Shown one piece after another: positions 1 to 11,459 of a DNA stretch of 64,000 bases (position 1 is its first letter; each line of letters opens with the position of its first letter). The position numbers were made by a program, and so were the translations under genes. A model generated the notes under the pieces. It saw only the letters and a list, made by a program, of their open reading frames with translations, was not told where the DNA came from and did not search any database. The stretch comes from Vicugna vicugna (lineage: Eukaryota). Location: positions 1,860,001 to 1,924,000 of the forward strand of contig MU058221.1 of assembly GCA_013265495.1 (NCBI GenBank), written 5' to 3'.

Positions 1-59
1 AATTGACTCCATCATACTGTGTATGATATTTTACTGTAAATAAAGAACATCACCAGCCA

Positions 60-529
60 TGTCAGTAAACAAAGGGTGCTGTGGCCATCAAGTCATCAAC
101 TCCTGCCACTAACCCCCTGACAGTGAGCGGAGGGAACTCAGGACGCAGACCAGCAGGCAGCCCGGCCTCTGCCGCCACCCCCAGCGGCGCCCCTGCGGGA
201 ACTCGGGCTGTGAAAGAACAGGACGCTGGCCCCAGACGGCTGGGTGCACATCACAGGAAAGATTCCAGCGAGCCCAGACCTTTGCACCTTCCCACACACA
301 GAAAAATGCTAAATTCCTTAATTTGAGCTATCTGGTTTTTTTAATTAACAGTAATCTTTTGATGTTCCGACTACCTGGTCTTTGTTGCAAAACTCCTGCA
401 TCTCCCGGCTTCTGCCTCGCTGCTTTACAGCAACCTGAGAGGCTGCGCCCCGGGCTCGAGCCCTCAGAAGGCCCACCGATTATAACATAACCCTCAGCCT
501 TCAGGCTGTGCACTTTATTCCAGTTGGCA
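60..529 (+). mobile_element. ERV-type solo LTR
   Basis: TG...CA bounded ~470-bp segment (tgtcagtaaac...cagttggca) resembling cetartiodactyl ERV1 LTRs; no clear TSD. Confidence 0.55.
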
Positions 530-940
530 TTACACATGTCTTTGATGTATTAAAATGGGAAACTTAAATTGCTATGCTTCGTTATCCTGTTTTTATCATT
601 TGTGTGAATACTTCTGTGTTTTTACCCCTGTGGAAAGGAAGGCAAAGACGGCTCGAAGGTTGAGACTGTCCTTAGCACGAATGACCAGGGACACGAGTGC
701 CCAGGAAGGACACTGGAATTGTGAGGAGAGTGCTGTGCAGGTGGGAGCGCAGACTGAGCCTCTTTGAGGATGGACTTTGGGGAGTTCAAGTGAGTAGGTA
801 CATACTCTGTTTGGTAGGCTGAAACTCACACCCACCACTTTGACCTAACACATTACTGAGCCCACATTGTGTGTCAGACACGGTTCTAGAAACTGCTGAA
901 TGATGCCGTCTTGTCTGATGTTCAGAGTAGCCTCAATTAC

Positions 941-1700
941 TGTTATCACTCAGCTTAATCTAAGTGACATTAAGGTAGGGAAAAAAAACCAATTTAGCAA
1001 CATATAACAATAAAACTTTCTTTTTTATTCTGCTGTGGACCTGCTGCAGATCAGCTGTAGCTCTGCCCCATGTATTTTGTTGCTGTTCTGGAATCTAGAC
1101 TGAGTGTTCTAGAATGGAGGCAGAGAGAACTGCTTCTGACCAGGAAACTGCAGAGGAGACAGAGGCACGGGGAAATACGTGTTGGCTCTTAAACTGCTGC
1201 TCATGCAGGACACATTACTTCTGCCTTCATTTCACGGGACAAATAAGTCAGACAGTCTCTCCTAAATCCTGTAGGGAGAAGAAGCATGACCCTTCTGCAG
1301 GGAAGGACAGAGAAGGGGAAATGGAGTCCATGGTCAACAGAAGGACAAACGGCAGTGCACTCAGTACTTGGCTCCCCCCTGCCCGCCGCCACAGGCAAGA
1401 CGCACCTCTCTCCCTAGGAGACAGCCTGGAAGTCCCATGCTGGCACCACTACCAGCTTAAAGCACAGGACGTCTCTGTGATGCACAAGTTCCTCACCACA
1501 GTTTCCTTTCATGAATGTTATCTTTCCTTACACACACAATACGCAGAGATGGGACAAAGAGAGAGTGACTGCAACAAAACCTCCCGTGAGAAAAGGTGAA
1601 AACGTAAGGCCCATTGAATTAACTGGCTCGTCGTGCTGCCGACACAGCGCCAGGACGATGCTGCGAGGGAACTGTAACGTGGAGATGCGAAATGTTCTTG
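941..1700 (-). mobile_element. Old MaLR (MLT1-like) LTR plus adjacent internal-region fragment
   Basis: Degenerate MLT1-like motifs (cttctgccttcatttc..., gtagctctgccccatgt); boundaries approximate. Confidence 0.45.
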
Positions 1701-1708
1701 AGTATGTC

Positions 1709-2269
1709 TGTCACCGAACTCAAGTTCGACTGTCCACCGCTCAAAAATCAAAAATCAGCACTCGAGAGGGGCAACGTTGTTAGAATGGAAAGTTGCTTTT
1801 ATTCAGAATGACAGCATTCTGGGGAGACGGCGGACTCAGTGTCCCCTAAAGACCGTCTTCGAAGATTCTGTTCAGTCATGAAAGCTTTGAAGGGCAAACA
1901 GGAAGTAATCTCAGTTATCCATTGAGACAGCAGGTCAGAGTCATCACCGTCCTCCACTGCACGCAGGCTTGCCGACCTCTCGTGATCTACCCTCCAGATT
2001 CTGTCTTGTTCACACAGTTTGTCCGTGATATTACAGAAGGGGAAGCCAAGGAAGAGATCTGGCCATCTGTTAACTACTTATTCTTCATTCCTACTTCTTT
2101 GATCTACAGAAAGAACCAACAGCTTAGGCAAGGTGTTGTGTGATCAAAAGATTGGAAAGAGGTGCTGAGACCAGAGATGAGCGGAGCATGGGGCTGCCTG
2201 GTTTCAGGTTGGTGACAAGACAAAAGTGACCCCCCACAGAGAGCTCTTTCCTGCCAAAAGCTGCTCACA
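1709..2269 (-). mobile_element. ERV1-type solo LTR
   Basis: TG (1709)...CA (2269) termini, minus-strand AATAAA near 1798-1803, flanks tgtc/ggtc (3 of 4 match, likely TSD). Confidence 0.7.
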
Positions 2270-2820
2270 GGTCCTGATTCCATATTTTAGCACTTTTATT
2301 TTTACACATTTCTCTCTTTGCACTATGGACTATTTTTTGCTCTGGTAATAGCTTCAAAGGTCTCCAGAGATGCTTGTAACGCTGGGTACGGAACAGAATG
2401 CCAAGTGGAATACTTGACAAATAGGACGGTGATCCACCACAGCTGAAATATAGTGCAAATTGTTATCACGACCAAGCAAGGCTGAGAACGGGTGTGAACT
2501 ACGCCCTTCAAGGTTAGATAGCCAGAACCAGTGCTCCAGCCCAAATCTGCCCGACCCCAAACTCTGGGTCTATTCCACAAGGTAATGTTGCACCTGCAGG
2601 GACAAAGGGCGGTAGTTACAAGGGAAGAAGTTCCTTGGCGCCCTCTGGAGTGAGCCGCCAGTTGGCTGTGGGCTCCTTCATGGTGCTTGTTGGAGTTAGT
2701 CTTCTAAATTTATGTCATTGCTCCTTTTTTATCCCCTCATTCTTTGGTGATGCGTTGTTTGAGTGCTTTGACCTTACCTCAGTTATATTTTCATGGTATT
2801 TCTGTGGGTGTTTTTTTTTC

Positions 2821-2990
2821 ACGTACCTGTTTTTGTGCCAGAGCATTAAGAAACAAGCATTGTGTCCTCCCCAAGGGGAGGAGACTGGAAGCTGTAATCA
2901 GTGAGCGTTCACAAAGGGCAAGGCTGGGAACGTCTCAGAGGCAGAGGTCAGCTGCACCCCTCGGCCACAGGCTCCCATTTCGGCGCCAGC
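2821..2990 (-). other. Candidate non-coding exon, copy 1 of a diverged local duplication
   Basis: Ends at minus-strand donor CAG|GTACGT (exon end 2827); aligns by eye to 4271-4436. Confidence 0.45.
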
Positions 2991-4270
2991 TTTGGATGTC
3001 TGCAGGTTTATTTTCACTTGGGAAGGCTGCGCGGCTGCCGGAAAGTCATCAAAGAGACACTTGTCCTCTGTCATCCTTTTATCAGGGGCAGCTCTGCTAT
3101 TCACTCAAAGGTTTTCTGCACTTTCATCCAGGCCCCAAAGAGAGAGGCTCTCTTGGACCAATTTAATCTTCAGCAGAAAAACTATATGCCTATTTAAGTG
3201 GGCCTCCAAGCCAAACCTAATTGGTCTATGAGAAACAAATGGCAAAGTTGGATAAAGACAACCTGGATTGTTCCTTTTTGTCAGCAAGGCTGTTTTCAAA
3301 GAGTCATTGGCGTAAATGCTTCAGCTGCAGCTTCCACAGAGGCCGATGCCAGCATGTGACAGCCGGGAACTGGAGCCAGCTTTCCCGGGACTGTTCCAAT
3401 GGCTGGGTTCCATCCCCCCGCTCGCAGCTCAGCCTCCTGAGCACCAGCCTGATGTTTCCAAAGAGCTTTCTGCTCGCTTCTCACTTTGATAGACTTTCCA
3501 AATCTAGAAACTCTTTCTGATCACTGTTTCAGTTTCAGAAAAGCAGTGTGTCCTTAGTAGATCTAAGTTCTTTCCTTCATATTCAGGGGAAATTGGAACA
3601 AATCTGGAAGGAACTGTGCCTGAGTCTCACAGGGAAGGTTCACTCGCAGAGTAAGATTCCGGCTCCAGCAGATGATACGCAGGGCCCCCTCGAAGCTCGC
3701 TCCTGCTTTGTACCTAACAGAGAAGGCTAACGAGGGGCTGATGTTTGCTGCTTTGTTTATTCTGAAGCTGCTTAGAGACCTTCAGGCCTGTGACAGAAGG
3801 TCTCCTATGGTGCCGTTTGAGCCCAGTGAGCCGAACGTTGTCCTTTTGTGGCTTGTTCCATTCCCCTGTACTGGAAAATCATTGCCAAGTTGAGCTCAGT
3901 CTATGCCTCAGAAGGAAAAAAAAAACAAAAAAACACTTGCCCCAAGAAGAGAAGAAACAAAAATCGATGCCAGAACATAGAAAACTTGCGACCAGAAACT
4001 TGCGCTATTATTGGGGAAACAAGAAAACCATTAAAAAGCAAACAAACCTTCGAGAGCCAGCAGAAGGTAGGAGTTTTAACCCCGGGAACCTGACTTGCAC
4101 TAGTAACAACAAATACCGCAGGGACCTGGGGCCGGGAGCAGCCCCCAGCAAGTCTGTCTGAGGGGACGCACAGGCGTGAAGAAGGCGGAGGGTTGCCTCG
4201 GGCCTCGGCTTTTGCCCGGGCAGCGTAGATCGCTCTGTCTCGTCTCTTGAGTCAGCTGAGGACACACTCC

Positions 4271-4436
4271 GCTTACCTGCTCTTGTGCCAGAGCATTGAC
4301 AGGAAAGCTCTGGCTCAAGGGGAGGAGCTCGGAGGCACTGATCAGCGAGAGTTCACAAAGGTGAGGCTGGGGACGTTTCAGAGGCAAAAATCAACTGCTT
4401 CCCCGCAGCACTAGGTCCCCATTTTAATGCACAGCC
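4271..4436 (-). other. Candidate non-coding (first) exon, copy 2 of a diverged local duplication
   Basis: Ends at donor CAG|GTAAGC (exon end 4277), has a CpG-richer neighbourhood (4110-4270) and aligns to 2821-2990. Confidence 0.5.
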
Positions 4437-4534
4437 CTTACTTCATGTGCTTGAGAAGAACATTTCCTAGATACTAAGTTTACTACAGGTTCAATAAGGC
4501 TGGAGGAGAGGATGGAGGTATACCAGGAGGTCTA

Positions 4535-4720
4535 GGTCGGAGGTGCCCTGTCACGCGCATCAGAACCACCTGGGTTGTGTGTGAACCAGTGCAGGTTCCT
4601 GAGCACACCCAAAAGCTCCTGGTTCACTCAGTCTGTGGTGGCGTCTGGAGTCCACGTTTTTAAGAAGCACCACATGTGATTCTGAAGTGGCCCAGCCTCC
4701 AGGCTGATTCACGCTGGTCA
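4535..4720. mobile_element. MER5-like hAT-Charlie non-autonomous DNA transposon
   Basis: gcatcagaaccacctggg...tttttaagaagcaccacatgtgattctgaag motifs typical of MER5A. Confidence 0.55.
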
Positions 4721-5094
4721 TGGATGTTAAAGGTGACGCTGTCTTCCACCTGCCTTGAAACCAAGAAAGCAGACTTGGAGGAGAGTTTAAGGAGCCAGAG
4801 CAGATTATCAAACAGGAGGGAGGCAGATGGTGTGACTCAAAGTTCGAAACAAGTGGCTGGAAATCTGGACCAGTAGCAAGACGACTGGTGGAGGAGCTGA
4901 GCAGATTTTCCTGGCAGAGAACTGAAGTTGGCTGGTGGTGCCAGTGTCTTGAAGGTTACATGTGTTGGGGGGTTGACTGTATTTAAAACAGCCTGGGGGG
5001 TTCAAAACGTGGCCACCTAGAGATTCCAAAAACCCTGCGTCCTAACAGCAGAGGTTCTGGCTTAATCGGCCTGGAGTGTGTCCTGGGGGAGGGG

Positions 5095-7290
5095 TGTTAC
5101 TGGAGAGTAGGTTCTCATCTTGTCACAGAAAGGATCCATAGACAAGACTCAAAGGTCAAGAAAATAAAGTGGGGATTTATTAAATAATACTAAGCTCTTA
5201 AGGGGTGAGCGGGCAGACTCATGTGTGTAGCCACAATGAGTTTCTGTGCCAGGCTGGCTACGTGGGCTGCCAATGTGAGCCAGTGGGATATTCACTGGGG
5301 AGGGAGTGGTTTGATGCTGTATTTCGTGATTTTTATCCCAGGTCCACCTTCCTGAGGGAAGAGGGATTTGGGGTCCTTAGTTAGACTTTTTTTAAGGCCA
5401 AACAATTTTTATTTTCAAAAATGTCTGTATTTATGACACATTTAAAAATAAAAATAAAAACCTCCCACCCCCTGCAAATGAGCTAAAAGATGAACAACAT
5501 CCACCTCTCACATCCTTGTTCCCATTTCCTCACATTCTCTCCAAATAAAAGGATAAGAAAAGACAAAGGAAAACAAAACAAAAAACTGAAAACTGAAAAA
5601 TGCCCCCAAACTACCCGTCAAAAACAAGGCAGTGCAGTTCCCCAGGGGGGAGGGGAGGTGACCCCACAGCCACGGGGAGATCAGCCAGCGACAGAAACTG
5701 CAAAGAAAGACACTCGGACAGAAGAAGAAACACAAAAGGAAGCCAAATAGGTCACCAGGCAACCCGGAGGTTCCGGGAGCCAGGAAGGAGGGGCGGGGTG
5801 GCTGGCAGGCCTGGCAGGACGGGAGCCGGCAGGAGGGGACTGTGAAGGTTAGGGGGAAGCTGCAGAACAGCTTGCTGTCCCTGCACAGCCCTCAGTTAGG
5901 GACAAAAAGACCCTCCCACCTGCCCTTGAGCAGCACCCCAAGCAGCTGAGGCACGTTCACGGCGAGTCCCCAGGGTGAGTGAGCAGCCCCTACCCCCTCT
6001 CCGGGCCCCCCCGACCCCCCAAGCAGGTCGCTCCTCATCCGTTAGTCATGGGATTCTCCCCCCTTCCACAGCGTATCTTTTTTTTTTTAAATTTTTTCCC
6101 ATCAAGCGTATCTTCTGTTTATCTTTTCCTTTTAATTCTTATTTTACCCCTTCTTTCCTCTTTTTTTTTTCCTATCTCTCTCCTCCACTTTTTTTTAGTA
6201 AGGGGAATACCATGTTGATCTAGCCCGGCCCCTGAAGACGCGACACTGGGACCTGCTGTCAAAACCAGTGTAGACCTGAGAGCAGGAACTGTTGAAGCTG
6301 GCGGTCTGGGCACAGTGTCGGGCCTGTGGGAAGCCCCGGTCTGTGGTGCTGATGCCTGCCTGGTCTGTCGGGTCGTGTTGGGATCACCTTGATTTGTCTT
6401 CCTCTAAATAGGGGCTCATCTAAGGACCAAGAAGTCCTCACCGGCTCTTTGTCTGAGAACTCGATACATGCCAACCCTTTAGGATGGCCACTAAATTTGC
6501 CACAGAGTGTCTAGTGGCCTGGCTGACTGAACTACAGCCAGGAAAGTGTGCTTCCAGCCCTTCTGCTGTTGCACCATAGTCCACTTCGCCAACACAAAGG
6601 GGCCAGGCGTCAGTCTCCATGTCTTCCTCAATGGATATGATCCTGGACCAACATTGCTGGGGGCAGACTCACGTTCATCTCTAGCTCCTGTAGCTTCCCA
6701 GCTTCTTCCTCCATCTCCTTGACTCAAGCTTTGATTGTTACTAGCTCTGGTCCTCAGTGGTGCCATCTCCCGGGTCACCCTCTACCAGTCCTGGCTTCCC
6801 CTCTTCCTCCTGGCTGCCAGGGGCCCCTGAGCCAGGCGCTGGTCCCATGAGATGGTGGGGGGAGGGGGCTGCGGGCTGGGAAACATCCTCGTCAGGCGCC
6901 AGCCTCATCTTCTCAGGCTCCAGGTCCTCAGACTCCAAGCTGTTCTCGTAGTTCCCTCCCCCCAACCCCACCTGGGGCCCCCTGCTCTCTATGTAGCTTT
7001 GATCGGAAGTGTCATGGCATCGGTGTGTGATGGGCCCTTCTCATCTGCAAGGCTCACTTCACTGTGATTAGGGCAGAATGAGCAAACGGTTACAGTTGGG
7101 CCCCAGAGAGTCTCGCCTTTCCCCACATTTCTTTATGAGCCTCCAGGTTGCCTGTCCACCCAAAATTTCTCCCAGGCTGGTGGTTTCTGCTTTTCTTTAT
7201 CTGCGCAAGGACCCCTGTGACCCAAGATGTATGGCTTCCTGCCATCTGGCCCGCTCCCCGCTTCTCTGCTCATATCTGCTTGCTCTAAAC
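5095..7290 (-). mobile_element. ERV solo LTR split by the PABPN1 retrocopy (pieces ~5095-5386 and ~6991-7290)
   Basis: Starts TGTTAC at 5095 with a minus-strand AATAAA (tttatt ~5176). LTR-like sequence resumes after the retrocopy (tttgatcggaagtgtcatggc...ctctgctcatatct..ctctaaac). Flanks gggg/gggc are a possible 4-bp TSD. Confidence 0.7.
5387..6990 (-). pseudogene. PABPN1: Processed pseudogene (retrocopy) of PABPN1, 5'-truncated and frameshifted, with 3' UTR and poly(A) remnant
   Basis: Minus-strand ORF pieces match PABPN1: [74 protein letters not shown] and C-terminal [11 protein letters not shown] (TAA at 6195-6197). There are no introns, and the frame shifts between pieces. The 3' UTR runs to AATAAA (5408-5413) and a short A-tail (5387-5393). 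The N-terminal polyalanine segment is absent. Confidence 0.96.
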
Positions 7291-7549
7291 GGGCGACTTC
7301 CTAGATCTCTTCAGATAATTCTAAAGTGTATCAACCTTTGGTTTAGAGGATCAGCACGAGTAAGGGCACCTGGATCAAATAATCTTGCCGGCACTTCTGA
7401 AATGTTAAAGCGCACGCAGTTCCGTCGGGGTATTGTCAGAATGCAGGCTCTGTTTCAGCCGGCCCGAGAGTCTCCACTCCTCTCAGCTCCCGGGCAGCGT
7501 TATTGCCGCTGGCCTGGGCTCCACACTGAGCAGCAAGGATCGGGAAGGC

Positions 7550-7710
7550 CAGAGGCTCTCACTCTGCTCCAGGGCTGGGAACACGTTAGAAATGTAATTC
7601 TCAGCTTTCACCCTCCATCCCCGGCGTCCGAAGCCTGGAGGGTGGCGCTGTGTTTGAACAAGCCCGGCAGCTGGTTCTGCTCCACGCTCAAGGTCAAGAA
7701 CCCGCGCTCT
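7550..7710. mobile_element. MER5A-like DNA transposon
   Basis: gttagaaatgtaattctcag...ctgtgtttgaacaagccc...ttctgctccacgctcaaggtcaagaacc. Confidence 0.5.
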
Positions 7711-8509
7711 GTTCCAAAACAGAACCGTCTGTCGCTGTTGAACCTGGCCGAGCTGGGTCACGCACACTTCGTTCTCTAAATGTGGCTGGGCCTTCCCCAG
7801 TGGGGCATCTCGGATTTACAAGCAGGTTTTGGGTTCTCTTTCTCCATCCTGATGACTAAAGGGCATTATCCTCATGTGACCCGTACGTGGTAACGACTCC
7901 AGCACGCTGCTCTCTATTCAAGCACCTGGTCGCACAGGCTCTAAGAAATGAGGGGTTGAACATGACCTCCAGGATCTGTTCTGTTTCTGACAGTCGGTGA
8001 CCCCGCCCTTCTCCAAGCAGAGAGGCTGTGACAGTTTCCATGCCTGTGTCGCTGGACTCCACTCAGCCAACCAGTGCTGCACTGTTTCTATTATTATGCT
8101 TCTTTTTAAAGAAAGAAGGAAAGGAGCAAAGCCGTCAGCGAGTCTCCAACGTGGGCAGCAGCCATGTGTCTCCTGTGAAGCCGGTAACTGCTGACAGCGG
8201 GGCCCCGCTCACGGTACAGGCAGACACAGAGGCGGGAGCCTCTGCAAAGCCCTGCCTCCCTGCCGGGCCCTGGCTGGGAGGAAGCACCCTGAGACTTAGG
8301 GGATGAGTGTGCCTTTCCAGCTCCCCTGCCTGTATTCCAGCTCTCTTGCATCCAACAGTGTTAAAATCTGACAGCTGAGGATGACCAGAGCCCTGGGAGG
8401 CAGGGTGGCCAGCCATCCTGCTTTGCCAGCAGCGGTCCCATGTTTAGCACTGAAAGCGTCACATCTTGGGAAACACCTCAGTCCCTGGCAAAGGGGATGG
8501 TGGGCTACC

Positions 8510-8737
8510 TTAGATCAAGGTTTGTTTGTTTGTTTTCATGTCACTGTTTACTTTTTTGGTTTGGATAATTCTTTCTTGTGAGGGTCCATCCTGTGTGTTG
8601 CAGGATGGTTAGTAGCCTCTCTGGCCTCTCTCCACTTGTTGACAGTGGGATCCCCCAGTTGTGACAACAAAAAATGTCTCTTGCCAAATATCCCCTGGGG
8701 GGGGGGTGTAAAATCATCCCCTGTTGAGAGCCACTGT
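8510..8737 (-). mobile_element. MER20-like hAT DNA transposon
   Basis: ggataattctttcttgtgaggg...cagttgtgacaacaaaaaatgtctc...aaaatcatcccctgttgagagccactg. Confidence 0.8.
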
Positions 8738-8821
8738 CCTAGATGTTAGTGACTGTTTAATCTGAAGCACCTTCCAGGGGAGCATTTCACAAATGTTAAT
8801 GCACGTGAGAATCACTTGGGG

Positions 8822-9670
8822 TTTAAATAGACATTTCCCCAAAGAACACATAAAATGGCTAGAAAAAACATAAAAAGATGCCCAAACTCATAGATATTTA
8901 GGGAAATGTAAATTAAAACCAAAATGAGATTGCTTCACATGTACTAGCATGGCTAAAATGAAAAAGACAGACAATTATAAACGTCGATAAAGATGTAGAG
9001 AAATTGCAACCCTTATGCATTCCTAATAGGATTGTTAACTAGTGGAGCCAATTTGGAAAATAGTTTGGAAGGTTCTCAAAATGTTAAACACAGAGGTATT
9101 ATATGACCCAGCAATTCCACTCCTAGGTACGTACCCAAAATAACTGAAAACAAATGGCCAGACAAAATCTGTAAACAAATGCTCATAGCAGCATTACTTA
9201 TAGCAGCCAAAAGGTGGAAATTATCCTTAAGTCCATCAACAGATAAACAAAGGTGGTATATCCATACAGTGGAATATTATGCACCCATAAAAAGGAATGA
9301 AGTATTTGATACATGATACGGCATGGATTCACCTTTAAAACATTAATATAAGAGATAGAAACCAGATACAAAAGACCCCATAATGAATGATTTCATTTAT
9401 AGGAAATGCCCACAATAGGCAAATACATAAAAACAGAGTAAATCTGTGACTTCCAGATTTGCTGGTCTAGGAGGGGGAGATGGGGTATGGTGTGTGGCTG
9501 GTGTTGGGTATGAAGTTTCCTTTGAGAATTATGAAAGTGTTCTAAAATTAGATAGTGGTAATAGTTGCACATTTCTGTAAATATACTAACACCCACTAAA
9601 TTATACATTTTTGAATGGATGAATTGTATAGCATATGAATTATCAACCAGGTTGTTATATTTTTAAAAGA
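8822..9670 (+). mobile_element. L1 (L1MB-like) 3' fragment inserted into a MER5-like element
   Basis: End of ORF2 (aatagacatttccccaaagaa...gacccagcaattccactcctagg) and 3' UTR. MER5-like halves flank it (gagaatcacttgggg / tcttgttaaaatatgcattctgat). Confidence 0.85.
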
Positions 9671-9744
9671 ATTACTTTATTGTCTTGTTAAAATATGCAT
9701 TCTGATTTTCTGGGAACACACTTTGAGAAACCAGTCCCAAGATC

Positions 9745-9925
9745 AAGGGTTCTTAAAGCGTGTTCCCTGACTGGCAGGGTCACCTTTATACTTACTAGCC
9801 ATACAGATCCTCAGACTTTACCCCAAGCCTACTACATCGGAAGCTGTGGAGGTAGAGTCCAGCAGTCTGTCTTAATATGCTATCTAAGATATTTTGATGT
9901 GTGCTGATATTTGAGAACCAGTCCC
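9745..9925. mobile_element. MER5-like DNA transposon
   Basis: ggttcttaaagcgtgttccc...gagtccagcagtctgtcttaa...tttgagaaccagt. Confidence 0.6.
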
Positions 9926-11459
9926 CACACCATCCCCACCCTGGCTGGCTCTCTTCATATTGTATGCAAACATACTTTGGGGTAAATATTCGATTTTTAC
10001 TGAGAAAAAATATTATTTAAATACATCATTAAGTTTAGTAAAAGTCATATTACTTGAAAGAAATAAGCCTCATAACTGAAGAAACTTTAGTATAAAGGTA
10101 TTTTAACTTTGCAGTTTGGGGATCCCAGGCTGGACCCATAATACTTTGTTGTTTTTTTTTTTTTTTATGTAGTATAAGAATCCATTAAAAGCTACAACTA
10201 CCTTGCTTCAAATGTGCTAACTGAGAAAGCACACTTGACTTCCTCTTTGCATGTCTATATGCACGTTCTAACATCACATATGTGATACCCATCTATGACA
10301 GGCTGCTTGGCATGAAGAAGGAAAAGGAAATGGATGGAGAGGGAGTGCAGCGAGGAAGAGAGAGAAGTGTGAATCTTTGGGGAGACAAGTGAGAGACTGA
10401 GACCCTGATCTCTCTCTGGGACACATTCCCAGCTCTGGAGCCTGGGAACTGGAGAGTCTTACCTCTTTGCCAGATTATCTTTTCTGTGAGGGATGGCTTA
10501 GTACTAGATTGTTCCTTTCTTGGGAGGAAAAAAAAAATTCTATTTCTATTGTTCGATACACTGTCATTTTCATTAGAAGAAGAAAAAACATTGTGTCTGT
10601 TTGTTATCTGTTTGTTTTCCTATTTGGGGCTGTTACACAAGTAGCGAGTACCTGGGGATTCGATTCTGCAGAGCCTAATACACCTGGAATCTCAGTAACA
10701 GCCATCCGCGCATCCAAGTGCCCTCACAGCTTAAACAAGGCGTGCACTTCATTAAGTCCTCCTGAGTTCTTTATTCACTAAAGAGGCTTCTCCTGGTCTG
10801 GAGAGTGGATCTGCTCCCCTGCATCCCTAATTTGTTGTCAGAGAAGAGCTTGAGTCTTGGGAAGACTCAAGCCTTTCCACTGATCACTGACTGACAGCCC
10901 CCCAAATTGGATGGAACTCCACGACACACGGCCAGTTGTCCCTGGCAGCCAGCTTCATGCCTCGTCTGCCCCTCCTAGTCTCTTGAATTTCCTTGAAAGC
11001 ATCATAATGAGATTCATATTTTCCACTTCATTGAAACACAAACTCCATCCTTTAATTCATTCAGACAAACTATTTGTACAAGTTACGGTGAGAAGTGGTG
11101 TAGAGCCAAGCAGTGCTCTCCTTAGAACCATCTCTGAAGAAAGGACTCCAGGGACTGACTGTTGTAAAAGCATTCACGCACCCCAGAAGGGGTCAGTTCA
11201 CTTCCTGAGAAATGCTTGTTTGTCCAGTGAGCTGAATAACTTAAATATACATATTAGATTGTCCCACACAAGGAATGTTACTCCTCCTGTTGCCCGTGAG
11301 GCATCTATGACTAAGACCGCTTCCTTCAGAAACTCAACCAGGTTCAACTTTGCCCATTATCTGATATGTATGACCTCTGCAACTCAAAACACTTCCATGA
11401 TTCTTGTGTCTTTATAGCTTTATGCAGAGTGTAATATTTATATTGTAAAGTCATTAGCA

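Larger units (their letters stand above)
4990..7345. mobile_element. MER5B-like element interrupted by the LTR (pieces ~4990-5094 and ~7291-7345)
   Basis: agaggttctggcttaatcggcctggagtgtgtcctggg before the LTR continues as ...cagataattctaaagtgtatcaacc after it. Confidence 0.5.

Noticed and set aside
7078..7779. 233-aa + strand ORF
   Set aside because: Runs across an LTR tail and MER5-like elements; no recognisable domain
10911..11417. 168-aa + strand ORF
   Set aside because: No recognisable family or exon structure; length is compatible with chance
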